From: Candidatus Micrarchaeota archaeon
GTDB lineage: Archaea; Micrarchaeota; Micrarchaeia; Anstonellales; Bilamarchaeaceae
Assembly: GCA_043821365.1 (NCBI GenBank)
Contig: JBDRCX010000006.1
Coordinates: 416,001-480,000 of the forward strand
Length of the DNA stretch: 64,000 bases
Direction of reading: 5' to 3'
Shown: one piece after another, positions 1 through 9,794 of the stretch
Numbering within the stretch: the first letter of the stretch is position 1
How the letters are laid out: the number at the start of each line of letters is the position of its first letter
Made by a program: the position numbers and the translations under genes
Notes under the pieces: generated by a model
What the model was told of the DNA's origin: nothing
The model's database searches: none
What the model saw: the letters and a program-made list of their open reading frames with translations, nothing else

Positions 1-2
1 TT

Positions 3-569
3 ATTGTACAGTTTCCAATTCCAAAACACATAAATTATTATGATGTTGTGGAAGCAATTGATCCAAAAAAGGATGTTGATGGGTGGACATCTACGAATAT
101 TGGACAAATGTTTCTTGGTTTTAAGGAACCATTTATGCCAGCAACACCAATGGGAGTAATAAAAATGCTTGAATTTTATGGTGTTGATTTTGTTGGCAAA
201 AACGTCACTGTTATAGGAAGGGGGAATGTTGTTGGGAAACCTTTGGCATTTTTGCTTCTTGCCAGGCATGCAACTGTGACTATATGTCATTCAAAGACAA
301 AAAATCTTTCAGAACACACAAAAAATGCAGATATATTAATTTCAGCAGCAGGAGCACCTGGTTTGGTAAAAGCAGATATGGTGAAAGAAGGTGCATACGT
401 TATTGATGTTGGGACCACCAAAGTTGGCGACAAGATAAAAGGGGATGTTGATTATGAAAATGTTATCAGGAAAGCCAATTGTTCACCAGTTCCACATGGT
501 GTTGGTCCAATGACTGTTGCAATGCTTCTTCACAATACAGTAAAAGCTGCCAAATCAAAATTTTTGTAA
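3..569 (+). CDS. folD: Bifunctional methylenetetrahydrofolate dehydrogenase/cyclohydrolase, 5'-truncated by the window edge
   Basis: Motifs KDVDG, PATPMG, VIGRGNVVGKP, VIDVG, PVPHGVGPMTVAML. The frame is open to position 3 (IVQFPIPKH), so the start lies upstream of the window. Confidence 0.95.
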   Translation: MVQFPIPKHINYYDVVEAIDPKKDVDGWTSTNIGQMFLGFKEPFMPATPMGVIKMLEFYGVDFVGKNVTVIGRGNVVGKPLAFLLLARHATVTICHSKTKNLSEHTKNADILISAAGAPGLVKADMVKEGAYVIDVGTTKVGDKIKGDVDYENVIRKANCSPVPHGVGPMTVAMLLHNTVKAAKSKFL

Positions 570-1028
570 TACTTCTTCTAGTTTCTTTAGTGCATCTGGT
601 TTTCTCTCTTCCTTAGATATTCTTAGCAGAACTTTACTTTCCTCTCCATCTAAGTTGACGAACCAAACCTCAGCAGAACCATCTCTGAAATTTTCACTTA
701 TTCTGGTGGGCAATTCAAAGAAACCCGAATTCTTTATGGTCTCCTTTATTTTATCTAATTGAGTTTTGTTGATTTTTCTTATCTTTGTCCATTGGCCTGA
801 TTCATTTTGATGTCCTTCGTTTGCCATCGTCCAAATTTCTCCGTTCAATCTAATCAATGTGCCTCGTTGGTAGATTGGCCAACCATGTACCTCATGTCTA
901 ATTAATACACTTCCCTCTGGAACTTGCGTACTGCTTTCAGTAAAACGAAAACCTCCAATCTCTAAATGCTCCCCTTCTGAATGTCTTTTGAATTTCTCCT
1001 CCCTACTCTCATGTTTTATTTTAGACAT
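555..1028 (-). CDS. Hypothetical protein (157 aa)
   Basis: Open frame with AGGTG RBS-like element upstream; no recognised motif. Confidence 0.6.
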   Translation of the reverse strand: MSKIKHESREEKFKRHSEGEHLEIGGFRFTESSTQVPEGSVLIRHEVHGWPIYQRGTLIRLNGEIWTMANEGHQNESGQWTKIRKINKTQLDKIKETIKNSGFFELPTRISENFRDGSAEVWFVNLDGEESKVLLRISKEERKPDALKKLEEVLQKF

Positions 1029-1085
1029 ATAGTATCACACCTGTAGGGTATTGCAGCGTCCATAATTAATCCTAGTAGGTATGCA

Positions 1086-1847
1086 TTATGCAGGAGGATA
1101 AAGTCTATTTAGTTCGCCACTGTATCTTTTCAGTAATTTATGTGTTCCCGAACCATACTGCATTGCTTTTTTTCGTCTCATTACTGCACATGCGGGAACC
1201 CCAAGCATCCTGGCAGCTTCTCTAAGGATTCCTTTTTTCAATTCACGTTCATGCATTCTTTCTTCAAGAGGTATTGAGAACATGAATTTTGCAAGTTCTT
1301 TGTTGTAAAATGGAAATCTTGCATCAATACCAAATTTTCTGCAAATTTTTTTTGTCCATGTTATCTCTCTTTGCGGTAATGTTTTGTACTCTTCTTTAAG
1401 CAAGGCTTCAAGATCGTTGCCTTCATCAAGATATTTGTAATATCTTTCATACCCGACAAAAAGCTCCTCTGCCGCAGTTCCAAATAACAAAACGTTATGG
1501 CCTTTTTTTGCAGCTTCTTCAGCTACACAATAAACAGGAACCAGTATGCCCAATCTCAAGAAGTCGAGTTTTAGCATTTCATAGCATTTACCATATGCTT
1601 GCATTACCATTTTTTTATCGATTATAATGGCGTTCAAAGTCATTTCCATTTCCTTTGCTGCTGACCGTGATGATTCCACATCATCACTGTTTGCAACTCC
1701 TGCTGTGAAAAGTTCTATCTGAGAATGTTTTTTTGCAACACTTGCAATTATTGTTGAATCAAGTCCACCTGAAAAAGAAATGGCTGTGCGATCTTCGAGG
1801 CTTTCTTCTATTGCACGGCTAAGTAATTCTGTTAATTCAGGAATCAT
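1086..1847 (-). CDS. Asparagine synthase C-terminal (PP-loop) domain protein, no glutaminase domain
   Basis: SFSGGLDS PP-loop, GTAAEELFVGY, RFPFY, KKAMQYGSG. Start moved to MIPELT (1847) because the longer ORF runs into the tRNA. Confidence 0.85.
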   Translation of the reverse strand: MIPELTELLSRAIEESLEDRTAISFSGGLDSTIIASVAKKHSQIELFTAGVANSDDVESSRSAAKEMEMTLNAIIIDKKMVMQAYGKCYEMLKLDFLRLGILVPVYCVAEEAAKKGHNVLLFGTAAEELFVGYERYYKYLDEGNDLEALLKEEYKTLPQREITWTKKICRKFGIDARFPFYNKELAKFMFSIPLEERMHERELKKGILREAARMLGVPACAVMRRKKAMQYGSGTHKLLKRYSGELNRLYPPA

Positions 1848-1903
1848 AGGATGGAATTTAGTAGTTGGGATTATAAAATATATCTTAATATTTTTAGAAA
1901 AAA

Positions 1904-2044
1904 CGGGCCCGGTGAGATTTGAACTCACGACCTTCGCCTCTCATCTCTTTGGCAAAAAAACCACATTGCCAAAAATTAGGAGAGCGTCACTCTATCCAAA
2001 GTACTCGCGCTTTTTACTAAAAAAGCGCACTGAGCTACGAGCCC
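1904..2044 (-). tRNA. tRNA-Arg(CCT) with two introns (15/16, 29 nt, 2029-2001; 37/38, ~37 nt, 1976-1940)
   Basis: Acceptor GGGCTCG/CGGGCCC, T-arm GTGAG-TTCAAAT-CTCAC, anticodon loop CT-CCT-A. D-loop intron has a BHB-type GCTC/GAGT central helix. The anticodon stem has an A27-A43 mismatch and the 37/38 BHB is relaxed. Confidence 0.85.
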
Positions 2045-2045
2045 A

Positions 2046-3086
2046 TCAATCCTTTATTTTCTTCCTGAATTTAATATAGGTTGCATAATCAATGTACTTT
2101 TTGTTATTAATGTAATCCTTTGTTTTCGGAGCTTTGTCTCTTACTTCATCAATTTTGTCAGTGACCATGATGGCAAACGAATCGCTTCCTGCCCCTGACC
2201 CATATGAAGTAACTAAAATTCTATCTCCTGGTTTTGCTTCATCCAAAACAGCAGAAAGACCTAGCATTGACGCTCCTGAATAAGTATTGCCAATTAAAGG
2301 CGTAAGCAATCCAGTCTTCAATTTTTCTATTGGGATGTCAAATCTTTTCCCTGCTTCAAGTGGAAATCTTCCGTTTGGCTGGTGAAACACTACATGATCA
2401 TAATCTGTCATCTTTGTTCCTGTTTTTTCTAGAAGTCCGTTTGTCGCAGCAATAACATGCTTGAAATAAGCTGGTTTCCCAGTAAATCTTCCACCATGAG
2501 TTGGATAATCTGCGTGTTGTCTTCTCCAGAAATCTGGTGTATCAGTTGTAAATGAAAAAGTTGATTCTATTATGGCAACTGACTCTTTTTTTGGACCAAC
2601 AATAAATGCAGCACCGCCAGAAGCTGCAGAATATTCCAAAGCATCTCCTGGTCTTCCCTGTGCAGTATCAGCTCCTATTGCCATACCATATTGTATCATT
2701 TCAGAGTCTACCATTCCACATACTATCTGCAATCCAGCAGTTCCTGCTTTACATGCAAATTCAAGGTCTGCAGTTGTAAGATTAGGTGTTGCTCCGATGG
2801 CTTCAGCAACAATGGTACCAGTTGGTTTTACTGCATATGGATGCGATTCGCTTCCAACATACAATGCACCTAATTTTTTTGGTTCTATTTCAGCTCGTAA
2901 TATTGCATTTCTTGCAGCTTCAACTGATATTGTTGTGGTGTCCTCATCAACACCTCCAACTGCTTTTTCAATAATTCCAAGGCCCTTTTCTATTCTATTA
3001 GTTTCTTCTCCCCATACCTTTGCTATATCCCCACTTTTAATTCTGTAAACTGGAATATAAGAACCATATCCAACAATGCCTGCCAT
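2046..3086 (-). CDS. hmgS: Archaeal hydroxymethylglutaryl-CoA synthase
   Basis: [15 protein letters not shown] (catalytic Cys), [21 protein letters not shown]. Stop codon lies 2 nt before the tRNA-Arg 5' end. Confidence 0.95.
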   Translation of the reverse strand: MAGIVGYGSYIPVYRIKSGDIAKVWGEETNRIEKGLGIIEKAVGGVDEDTTTISVEAARNAILRAEIEPKKLGALYVGSESHPYAVKPTGTIVAEAIGATPNLTTADLEFACKAGTAGLQIVCGMVDSEMIQYGMAIGADTAQGRPGDALEYSAASGGAAFIVGPKKESVAIIESTFSFTTDTPDFWRRQHADYPTHGGRFTGKPAYFKHVIAATNGLLEKTGTKMTDYDHVVFHQPNGRFPLEAGKRFDIPIEKLKTGLLTPLIGNTYSGASMLGLSAVLDEAKPGDRILVTSYGSGAGSDSFAIMVTDKIDEVRDKAPKTKDYINNKKYIDYATYIKFRKKIKD

Positions 3087-3115
3087 GAATTTTCACCTCT
3101 AATTAGTATGTTTTT

Positions 3116-3850
3116 TTATTTTTTAACGCTTCTCTTTTTTTTCGTTTCAGTTGGCTTTCTCTTTTTCGATGAAATCATAAATAAATATGCAACTACTAAT
3201 AACACTATAATACCAAGAATAGCAATCAAATACCCATAGTTAATTTCCTTACTCACAACTACAACTGGTTGCGATCCTTTCATAGCCTCTACAACATCAA
3301 AAGTGACTGTTGACCCTTGGGCAGTTCCTATTGAGGCACTGTCTATCTCTGATGGCATTTCAACTGTGTATGTAATATTAACTTTAAGGACTTCAAGTGT
3401 TGTAACTAAATTTTGGTTAGTTTCTTGATCTCTTAGATTGATTGGATTTGGATTATCATTACTTGCATTTGCCTCTCCAATTGCTACTAATATTGATTCT
3501 AATTTTTGACTAAATACGTTTGTTGGTATCCTCTCTATCTCCAAAATATATGTCGTGTGGGGCACTCCATAATCAGCAGAAAATCCATAATAAATTCCAG
3601 AAGAAAATTTTTCAGTTATTGTGACTGTTTTTTTGTCAACATCAACACTACAATCAATATCCATAGTGTTATCACAATATTGTTTCATATTAGTAAATGC
3701 ATTTTTGCTTAATTGCCCTGAAAAAATAGATATGTCCATTGTTTTCTCGATTGTTGCAGCTCCATTTCTGTTCATATCATGTGTATAACTCTGATCAAAA
3801 GAAGCAAATACAATGGAAAAAATCATTAAAGCAAAAATCAATCTTTTCAT
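3116..3850 (-). CDS. Secreted, membrane-anchored surface protein
   Basis: N-terminal signal peptide (MKRLIFALMIFSIVFA), C-terminal TM helix and basic tail. Confidence 0.75.
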   Translation of the reverse strand: MKRLIFALMIFSIVFASFDQSYTHDMNRNGAATIEKTMDISIFSGQLSKNAFTNMKQYCDNTMDIDCSVDVDKKTVTITEKFSSGIYYGFSADYGVPHTTYILEIERIPTNVFSQKLESILVAIGEANASNDNPNPINLRDQETNQNLVTTLEVLKVNITYTVEMPSEIDSASIGTAQGSTVTFDVVEAMKGSQPVVVVSKEINYGYLIAILGIIVLLVVAYLFMISSKKRKPTETKKKRSVKK

Positions 3851-3872
3851 GTTCCTAATTCTCCAAAAAGTT

Positions 3873-4772
3873 TTATAATTGCCCCCTTAATTCATTTATT
3901 ATCTCTTTTATCCCATTTTCCAGTAATTTTGGCTTAAAACCAAGTTCTTTTTCTGCTTTTGAACAGTCGAAAACACGATCATACAATAAAACTCCGATGT
4001 GCTCTTTGCTTAGTGAAGGTGTTTTTCCAGTTAGTTTATACCAGATCTCGTTTATGGTTGCAATTAACATTGCATTTGAAGCTGAAATATTTTCTTTTGG
4101 AGGTTCCACATCTAAATTTTTTGCAGCAATTGTATAAATTTGTTTTTGTGTAAGCGGTTCGCCTGTAAGTAGGTATATACCGTTGCCCTTACATATGGTC
4201 TTTTTGAAAACTTCTGCAACATCATTCACATGGACAAATGGAATGTGGTTTTCCCCATTCCCAACTATTTTCATTTTCCTATTCTTAATCTTTGATAATA
4301 TTCTTTGATAATCTGCAAATTGCGGGCCATATAATGTTCCAATTCTAAGTATTACGTGGTCTTTGTGATTGGCAACAAGTTTTTCTGCTTCAAATTTTGT
4401 TTTTGAATAATCAGAGTCTGGATTTGGTTTAGTTTTTTCATTAGTAGGTTTTTCTGTCAATTCTTTTCCATAAACAGAAATCGAACTTGCAAATATTATT
4501 CTGCTTTTTTTCGGCGCCGCATTAACTAGTCTTCTAGTGAGTTCAACATTTCCTTCTTGCAGTTTTTTTCTATTGTAAGTTTCTACTGACCCTGCAAGAT
4601 GTATAATAACCTCAGCATCTTTTAATATTTTCTTTAACTGTCCTTCCGAAAAATCAGTAATTATTTCGTTTTTCAAGCCACTTGGAGCTAGAACAAGTGG
4701 AATGCCATCTACTTTTTGTAAAACTGATCTTCCCAGTCTACCGCTTGCTCCAGTTATGTATATCTTAACCAT
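3873..4772 (-). CDS. NAD-dependent epimerase/dehydratase (extended SDR)
   Basis: TGASGRLG, HLAG, SSISVYG, YSKTK (YxxxK), FVHVND. Confidence 0.9.
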   Translation of the reverse strand: MVKIYITGASGRLGRSVLQKVDGIPLVLAPSGLKNEIITDFSEGQLKKILKDAEVIIHLAGSVETYNRKKLQEGNVELTRRLVNAAPKKSRIIFASSISVYGKELTEKPTNEKTKPNPDSDYSKTKFEAEKLVANHKDHVILRIGTLYGPQFADYQRILSKIKNRKMKIVGNGENHIPFVHVNDVAEVFKKTICKGNGIYLLTGEPLTQKQIYTIAAKNLDVEPPKENISASNAMLIATINEIWYKLTGKTPSLSKEHIGVLLYDRVFDCSKAEKELGFKPKLLENGIKEIINELRGQL

Positions 4773-6369
4773 ACTTCTTCGCTATCTCCTCTAATCTTTT
4801 ATCTATTCTTTTTTCTGCATCAAGTCGTTCAAATTCATAATCTTTCATATCCATAAATTTCATTCCTGATGATAAATTAGGATGCACTTTTTCAATTTCT
4901 TTAAACATTTTTTGGGCAATTTCACGATAATCTCTATGTCCCTGCATCGCGCTTCTTAATTCAAGTAAATGGTATGCTTCTCTAAGGTTTAAACTCATAT
5001 ACCATCGTATGTTATATGCAAGTGGAACAACATACTGGGCTTCTTTTGGGTATTTCTTTTCTATTTTTTCGTATGCATCTTTTGTTTTGTCCATAACTGC
5101 TCTGAATTCTTTTTCAAATCCAGCCTGAACAATTTCGTGTGGTATTTTATAGCCTAAATACGGTGTCAGTGGTTGTCTTTGTTGTGTTAAAATTCTGTGG
5201 CGATGAAGATCTCTGTAGGCACCATAATTCCCACAAATATCAAATGTATAAAATATATGTTCGAATGCTCTTCCTGGTCTGTGTCTACGATTTTGCCTTT
5301 CACCTACATATGTTTTAATGATTGCATTCTTTTCCTCATTTGTCATATTTTCTACTATTGTTTCGATTTCGTTCATTGGTTTTTGTAAATGAGGGTAAAG
5401 TATTGTTGTGATTGCTTTTTTCTCAGCATTTTTCTCATATTCAACTAATTCTACTCCTTCGCCACCGTTTGCACCAGCATATTTTTGCACCAGTGCATCA
5501 GTTTCGTTTCTAACTTTCTTAAGATAATCCTGCATCAAAATACCAAATTCACCATTAGATCGTTTTACAAATGATGGTATGATATTAGCAAGTTCACCCT
5601 GCATGGCGCTGGCAAGATCCCTTATCTCTGCCAAATCATCCCCAAACATTTTTGTTAGTAAATATTCGTATGCCCGTCCGTCACCAAAAAATCCCATATT
5701 TGTAAGTGTTGATGCAGGTAACAATCCTCTAAGCAAATCACATGTTTTAGCTCTTATTGTGGATTTGTATGCCCTATCTGATGTATCGTCTTCTTTTGGT
5801 GATCTTTTCATCACCCATTCGGATACTTTTGGGATAAGATCTGCATAAGTCTGGAAACAAAAATCACATGTTTCCTGATAAATTTCTGCAAACTCAGAAC
5901 CCATCAATGTTTTTTCGCGAAGATACATCCACTTACCATTTTTTTTCGTGTCAAAATAAACATACCTTGTTGATTTTTCCAAGGGGGAAAGCCCTATTCT
6001 AGCATCTTCAACTATTTTTGTCGCTATAATTGAGACATCTTCCAATGCAATGTGTGCTCCTGCCAATTCAGCAACAGAGTCATCACCATATCCAACTAAA
6101 ACTCTCTCATAAAATTCTTCTGCTTTTGCTGTTTGTACCGGAGTCTGTTGTTTTGGTGATATGTTTAATTTTTCTCTAAGTCCTATCTCAGGTGCAAGCA
6201 TGAATTCGTCAAGTAAAACTCTTCGTAAACTTTTTGTACTTCTGCTATATCTTGAAAATAAAGCCCCCTTGACTACTTCTGGTAGGTTTGTAAGTACGAA
6301 AACTGGTTTGTCTAGATTGCTTACGAATGGTTCAAGTAGTTTCTTCTCGTCATTTGAAAATTCGTCCAT
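4765..6369 (-). CDS. thyX: FAD-dependent thymidylate synthase, long two-domain form
   Basis: EKSTRY and RDLHRHR-x-QRQ ThyX-type motifs in two halves; LELRS-x-QGH. Confidence 0.85.
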   Translation of the reverse strand: MDEFSNDEKKLLEPFVSNLDKPVFVLTNLPEVVKGALFSRYSRSTKSLRRVLLDEFMLAPEIGLREKLNISPKQQTPVQTAKAEEFYERVLVGYGDDSVAELAGAHIALEDVSIIATKIVEDARIGLSPLEKSTRYVYFDTKKNGKWMYLREKTLMGSEFAEIYQETCDFCFQTYADLIPKVSEWVMKRSPKEDDTSDRAYKSTIRAKTCDLLRGLLPASTLTNMGFFGDGRAYEYLLTKMFGDDLAEIRDLASAMQGELANIIPSFVKRSNGEFGILMQDYLKKVRNETDALVQKYAGANGGEGVELVEYEKNAEKKAITTILYPHLQKPMNEIETIVENMTNEEKNAIIKTYVGERQNRRHRPGRAFEHIFYTFDICGNYGAYRDLHRHRILTQQRQPLTPYLGYKIPHEIVQAGFEKEFRAVMDKTKDAYEKIEKKYPKEAQYVVPLAYNIRWYMSLNLREAYHLLELRSAMQGHRDYREIAQKMFKEIEKVHPNLSSGMKFMDMKDYEFERLDAEKRIDKRLEEIAKKYG

Positions 6370-6450
6370 AAGATTTTTCTTATTGAAAGGGTTTATATGG
6401 CTGATAGGTTGTCTTTTAAATTGTTTTAATTTAACTAATTCTGTGGTTTA

Positions 6451-7008
6451 ATGCGAAGGCTTTTTTTATCCGGACCTTCTAAAGTTGCGATGGTCACAGC
6501 CCTTGCAGTAACAGTTGCTAGTTGCGGTGCCACGGCAAGTATGATAAGGGATAGGCCAAGTGAAAAACCACAAACTACTTTTGGTGCACCACTCCATGAA
6601 CAGCATGTTCTTAGTCTTTGGAGTAAGGGAGTTTGTACTTATTCTGGTGGGTATGTCACATATTCCTCAAATAACTCGGGACAAATAGGTGAACTAAAGC
6701 TTGATGTTGATCTTTTCAATCCACAAGAAATTCTATGTTCAGATAAATTCACTGTTATTTTTGATAATGATTTTGCAATTGTAGCACTTGGTTCTGAAAA
6801 GATTCTTGAAGGTGTTCCTTCCTTTGGGGTAGTGTCTGGTTCATTTGTTGCTGCCAACTCGTACAAATTAAGGCTAGGTCTAATCATGGAAGATGGCGGC
6901 ATCAATAAAACGTCTATTGATGGTAATACTCTCACCGTATTTTCAAATAATGGAAATAGTTGGCAACTTGATCTTTCTAATCCTCATGATGGTTGGAGTA
7001 TTTATTAA
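6451..7008 (+). CDS. Hypothetical, possible lipoprotein
   Basis: Basic N-terminus, hydrophobic stretch, lipobox-like VASC; beta-rich body. Confidence 0.55.
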   Translation: MRRLFLSGPSKVAMVTALAVTVASCGATASMIRDRPSEKPQTTFGAPLHEQHVLSLWSKGVCTYSGGYVTYSSNNSGQIGELKLDVDLFNPQEILCSDKFTVIFDNDFAIVALGSEKILEGVPSFGVVSGSFVAANSYKLRLGLIMEDGGINKTSIDGNTLTVFSNNGNSWQLDLSNPHDGWSIY

Positions 7009-7029
7009 TTTGTTTAGGTCATATCTTTC

Positions 7030-7647
7030 ATGGCAAATCCAGTTTTGAAAAAACCAAAGAAAAAAGCTCCAGCAGACATAGTAATACCCCGTATAAGTGA
7101 ACAAGAAACCCGAAAAAGAGCAGCCGCAGGTTTTGATATTGCAGTAACAAGACTGGTGAAAGAAGAATTTAGCCGATCCCCACCTGCTTCAGAAATGGCT
7201 GCATTCAAAAAATTATTTCTAGCAAAACAAAAATCTGATGGGGAGTTCTTTGTTGATGATGTTGTTCAAGAATTTATTGAAAACAATCCGGATTCAGTTA
7301 TTGAAAGATATTATAATCTAGCTGGAAATGCAAGATTTCTTCTAAAAGGAAATCAAGTTGCATTCAATTTAAAAGAACTACAAGGCGCTGTAAAAACCTA
7401 TATGTCCCCGTTGCGTGATTCTGTTATATCTAGCATTGTAAAATTATCAGATCCTGAAAATAGGGGGGTGTCCTTCAGTATTCCTGATATGGATGCTGGG
7501 ATACTGTCAAGTTTTTCTTCAAGACTTTCTACTATTTATGGTATTGGTAAAACTCAAGTTCCAGTTGAAATTAAATGCAGTGGAATGAAATTAACATTTA
7601 ATTCCAAATTACCTCCACCAACACAGTCATTTGATTTTGACAAATGA
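7030..7647 (+). CDS. Hypothetical protein (205 aa)
   Basis: Long open frame filling the gap between neighbouring genes; no motif recognised. Confidence 0.6.
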   Translation: MANPVLKKPKKKAPADIVIPRISEQETRKRAAAGFDIAVTRLVKEEFSRSPPASEMAAFKKLFLAKQKSDGEFFVDDVVQEFIENNPDSVIERYYNLAGNARFLLKGNQVAFNLKELQGAVKTYMSPLRDSVISSIVKLSDPENRGVSFSIPDMDAGILSSFSSRLSTIYGIGKTQVPVEIKCSGMKLTFNSKLPPPTQSFDFDK

Positions 7648-8871
7648 TTACTTCCCAGGTATCAATGTACTTAATACGCCTAATAGCTGCGGTCTTCCAG
7701 CCAATACTTTAGCAACTGGTTTTGCAAAATTCCCATCCATCAAATCTTTCAAATCTCTATCAGTCAATGCATTGAAAACATAATTAAGGTCATCATCACT
7801 GATTTTTTCAGTTACTTTTCTTAATGTCAATCTTTTTGCAACGGTCTTTCCAGGTCCTGATCTCCATTGTTTTTCATATGGCATTAATGCTTGCTTACTG
7901 TAATCTTTTTTCTTATGCGCTTCTATTGCAATTTGAGCTGCCATAAACCCTGTTTCCATTGCAAGACCAATTCCACCACCATGTATTGGGTCAACCTGCT
8001 TTGCCGCAGTTCCAATAACCATGCAGTTGTCTTGCACAAATTCATTTATTGGTGCACCTACTGAAATAACCCCTCCAAAATCAAGGAGAGTACTAGAATC
8101 TTTAAGTTGTTCATTATTTTTTATAAATTCATCAAGCAATGGTTTTGGTGCAGCACCATCAACACCACCTAATTTTTTTCCATTATTGACATTACCTCCA
8201 ATCCCAATGCCAACATTTGCTTTTTTCTCATCTTTTGGAAATATCCAAACATAACCTCTTGGTGCAATTTTGTTGCCAAAATAAAGTTCAATCAGATGAT
8301 CATGTTCATATGGTTTCATCTCATATTCATAACAAGTATCAACATCATAAAGCGAATGAACAGTCTTGAATCCCATCTGCCTTGCCATCAGTGATTCCAT
8401 ACCTTCTGCTGAAACAATAAGAGGTGCATGAAGTTCGTATGGTTCTCTTCCACCATGGGTAACTTTTACTCCATTTGGTTTTCCTTTCCCATCTTTAATG
8501 ATTTCAAATGCACGTGTATACGTTTTTACCTTCGCTCCTTTTTCTACTGCCTTTTCACATAACCATTTATCAAAAACATTTCTATTCAAAACCCAACCTT
8601 TGGTACCAGCATCTCTCCAAACAATTGACTTTCCATTTGGTGCTACAACCTTTGCACCATCAATATGAGTAGAATAACAGCCTTTTGGAAGATCTAACCC
8701 CTGCTTTATCAGTTCTATTGTTCCAAGTCCTTCTCCACATCTTACTGGTACTCCTATTTCTTTTCTTTTATCCACAACAAGAACATCCATTCCTGCTCCT
8801 GCGACAATGCGAGCAAAGCTCGCACCTGCTGGCCCCCCACCAATTACAATAACATCGTGGTCATTTTTCAT
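7648..8871 (-). CDS. ggr: Geranylgeranyl reductase family (DGGGPL reductase)
   Basis: GGGPAG, CGEG, PRGYVWIFP, PIHGGGI. Confidence 0.9.
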   Translation of the reverse strand: MKNDHDVIVIGGGPAGASFARIVAGAGMDVLVVDKRKEIGVPVRCGEGLGTIELIKQGLDLPKGCYSTHIDGAKVVAPNGKSIVWRDAGTKGWVLNRNVFDKWLCEKAVEKGAKVKTYTRAFEIIKDGKGKPNGVKVTHGGREPYELHAPLIVSAEGMESLMARQMGFKTVHSLYDVDTCYEYEMKPYEHDHLIELYFGNKIAPRGYVWIFPKDEKKANVGIGIGGNVNNGKKLGGVDGAAPKPLLDEFIKNNEQLKDSSTLLDFGGVISVGAPINEFVQDNCMVIGTAAKQVDPIHGGGIGLAMETGFMAAQIAIEAHKKKDYSKQALMPYEKQWRSGPGKTVAKRLTLRKVTEKISDDDLNYVFNALTDRDLKDLMDGNFAKPVAKVLAGRPQLLGVLSTLIPGK

Positions 8872-8874
8872 AAG

Positions 8875-9090
8875 TCACACCGTTGCTTCTGGAGGCAGAT
8901 CCTTTGGATTTTTTACTCCTTTATGCATGCAAATAACATTTGCAGGGCAAATTTTCACACAAAGTCCGCAGTCAATGCATTTTTCTGGAAAATGCTTCAT
9001 TCTTGTTCCAACAACTTCTATTGCACTGGTTGGACATACTGAAGAGCAACCAACGCATAAAATACATCCATCATGTTTTATGGTAATCAT
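8875..9090 (-). CDS. 2x[4Fe-4S] ferredoxin, probable GGR electron donor
   Basis: CILCVGCSSVCP and CIDCGLCVKICP; directly upstream of ggr. Confidence 0.93.
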   Translation of the reverse strand: MITIKHDGCILCVGCSSVCPTSAIEVVGTRMKHFPEKCIDCGLCVKICPANVICMHKGVKNPKDLPPEATV

Positions 9091-9186
9091 TGAAAACCCT
9101 CAACGTCTTTAGTTATGGTGTTTTTCATCCCCATCATATATTTTATAATGTTTATTAAAAACCCTCAAAAATTGTTTACGCCAGCA

Positions 9187-9702
9187 TTATTTTTTTAATG
9201 CATCTATAAGTGCAGTACCAAACTTACCTGCGCTCATGGGGCCATCTGCAGTAATGATATTCCCATCTACTACTACATTTTCAGCCAAATATGTTGCACC
9301 ACTCTGTCTAAGTAATACTATTGCATTTCTGTCGGGGTAAACAGTTGCTTTTTTATTTGCTAAAACTCCTGCAGTTGCCAATGCCATTACTCCTAAACAA
9401 ATCCCCCCAACAACTTTGCCTGCACTATTTGCTGCGTTTAATAAATCTCGTACTTCTTTTTTTTCTGCAAGCATCGGTGAATTAGGACCTCCGACGATTA
9501 TAATTCCTTTGAAATATTCGGGATTTGCTTCAAAAACAGCCATATCTGGTTGCAAAACCATCCCCTTTGATCCTGTTGCTTTTGTTCTATTTATGCTTGC
9601 AACGACTATGGTGTACCCATGCTTTTCTAGCATTTCCTTTGGTACTGCAAATTCCTCATCTCTAAACCCATCCTGCGCAACTACCATCAATATTTTAGTC
9701 AT
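9187..9702 (-). CDS. DJ-1/PfpI family protein
   Basis: GFRDEEF, GGICLG (nucleophile Cys), VVDGNIITADGP. Start at MTKIL after a GAGGTG RBS. Confidence 0.9.
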   Translation of the reverse strand: MTKILMVVAQDGFRDEEFAVPKEMLEKHGYTIVVASINRTKATGSKGMVLQPDMAVFEANPEYFKGIIIVGGPNSPMLAEKKEVRDLLNAANSAGKVVGGICLGVMALATAGVLANKKATVYPDRNAIVLLRQSGATYLAENVVVDGNIITADGPMSAGKFGTALIDALKK

Positions 9703-9794
9703 AATTAGCACCTCAATTGGGGTATGGGGTTCCAGCCCCATCAACAAACTAAAATCACATTGAATATTTAAATTGTTTATTACTAATAGCTTTC

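Noticed and set aside
1848-1928. N-terminal extension of the asparagine-synthase-like ORF
   Set aside because: It overlaps the tRNA-Arg 3' end; homology begins at MIPEL.
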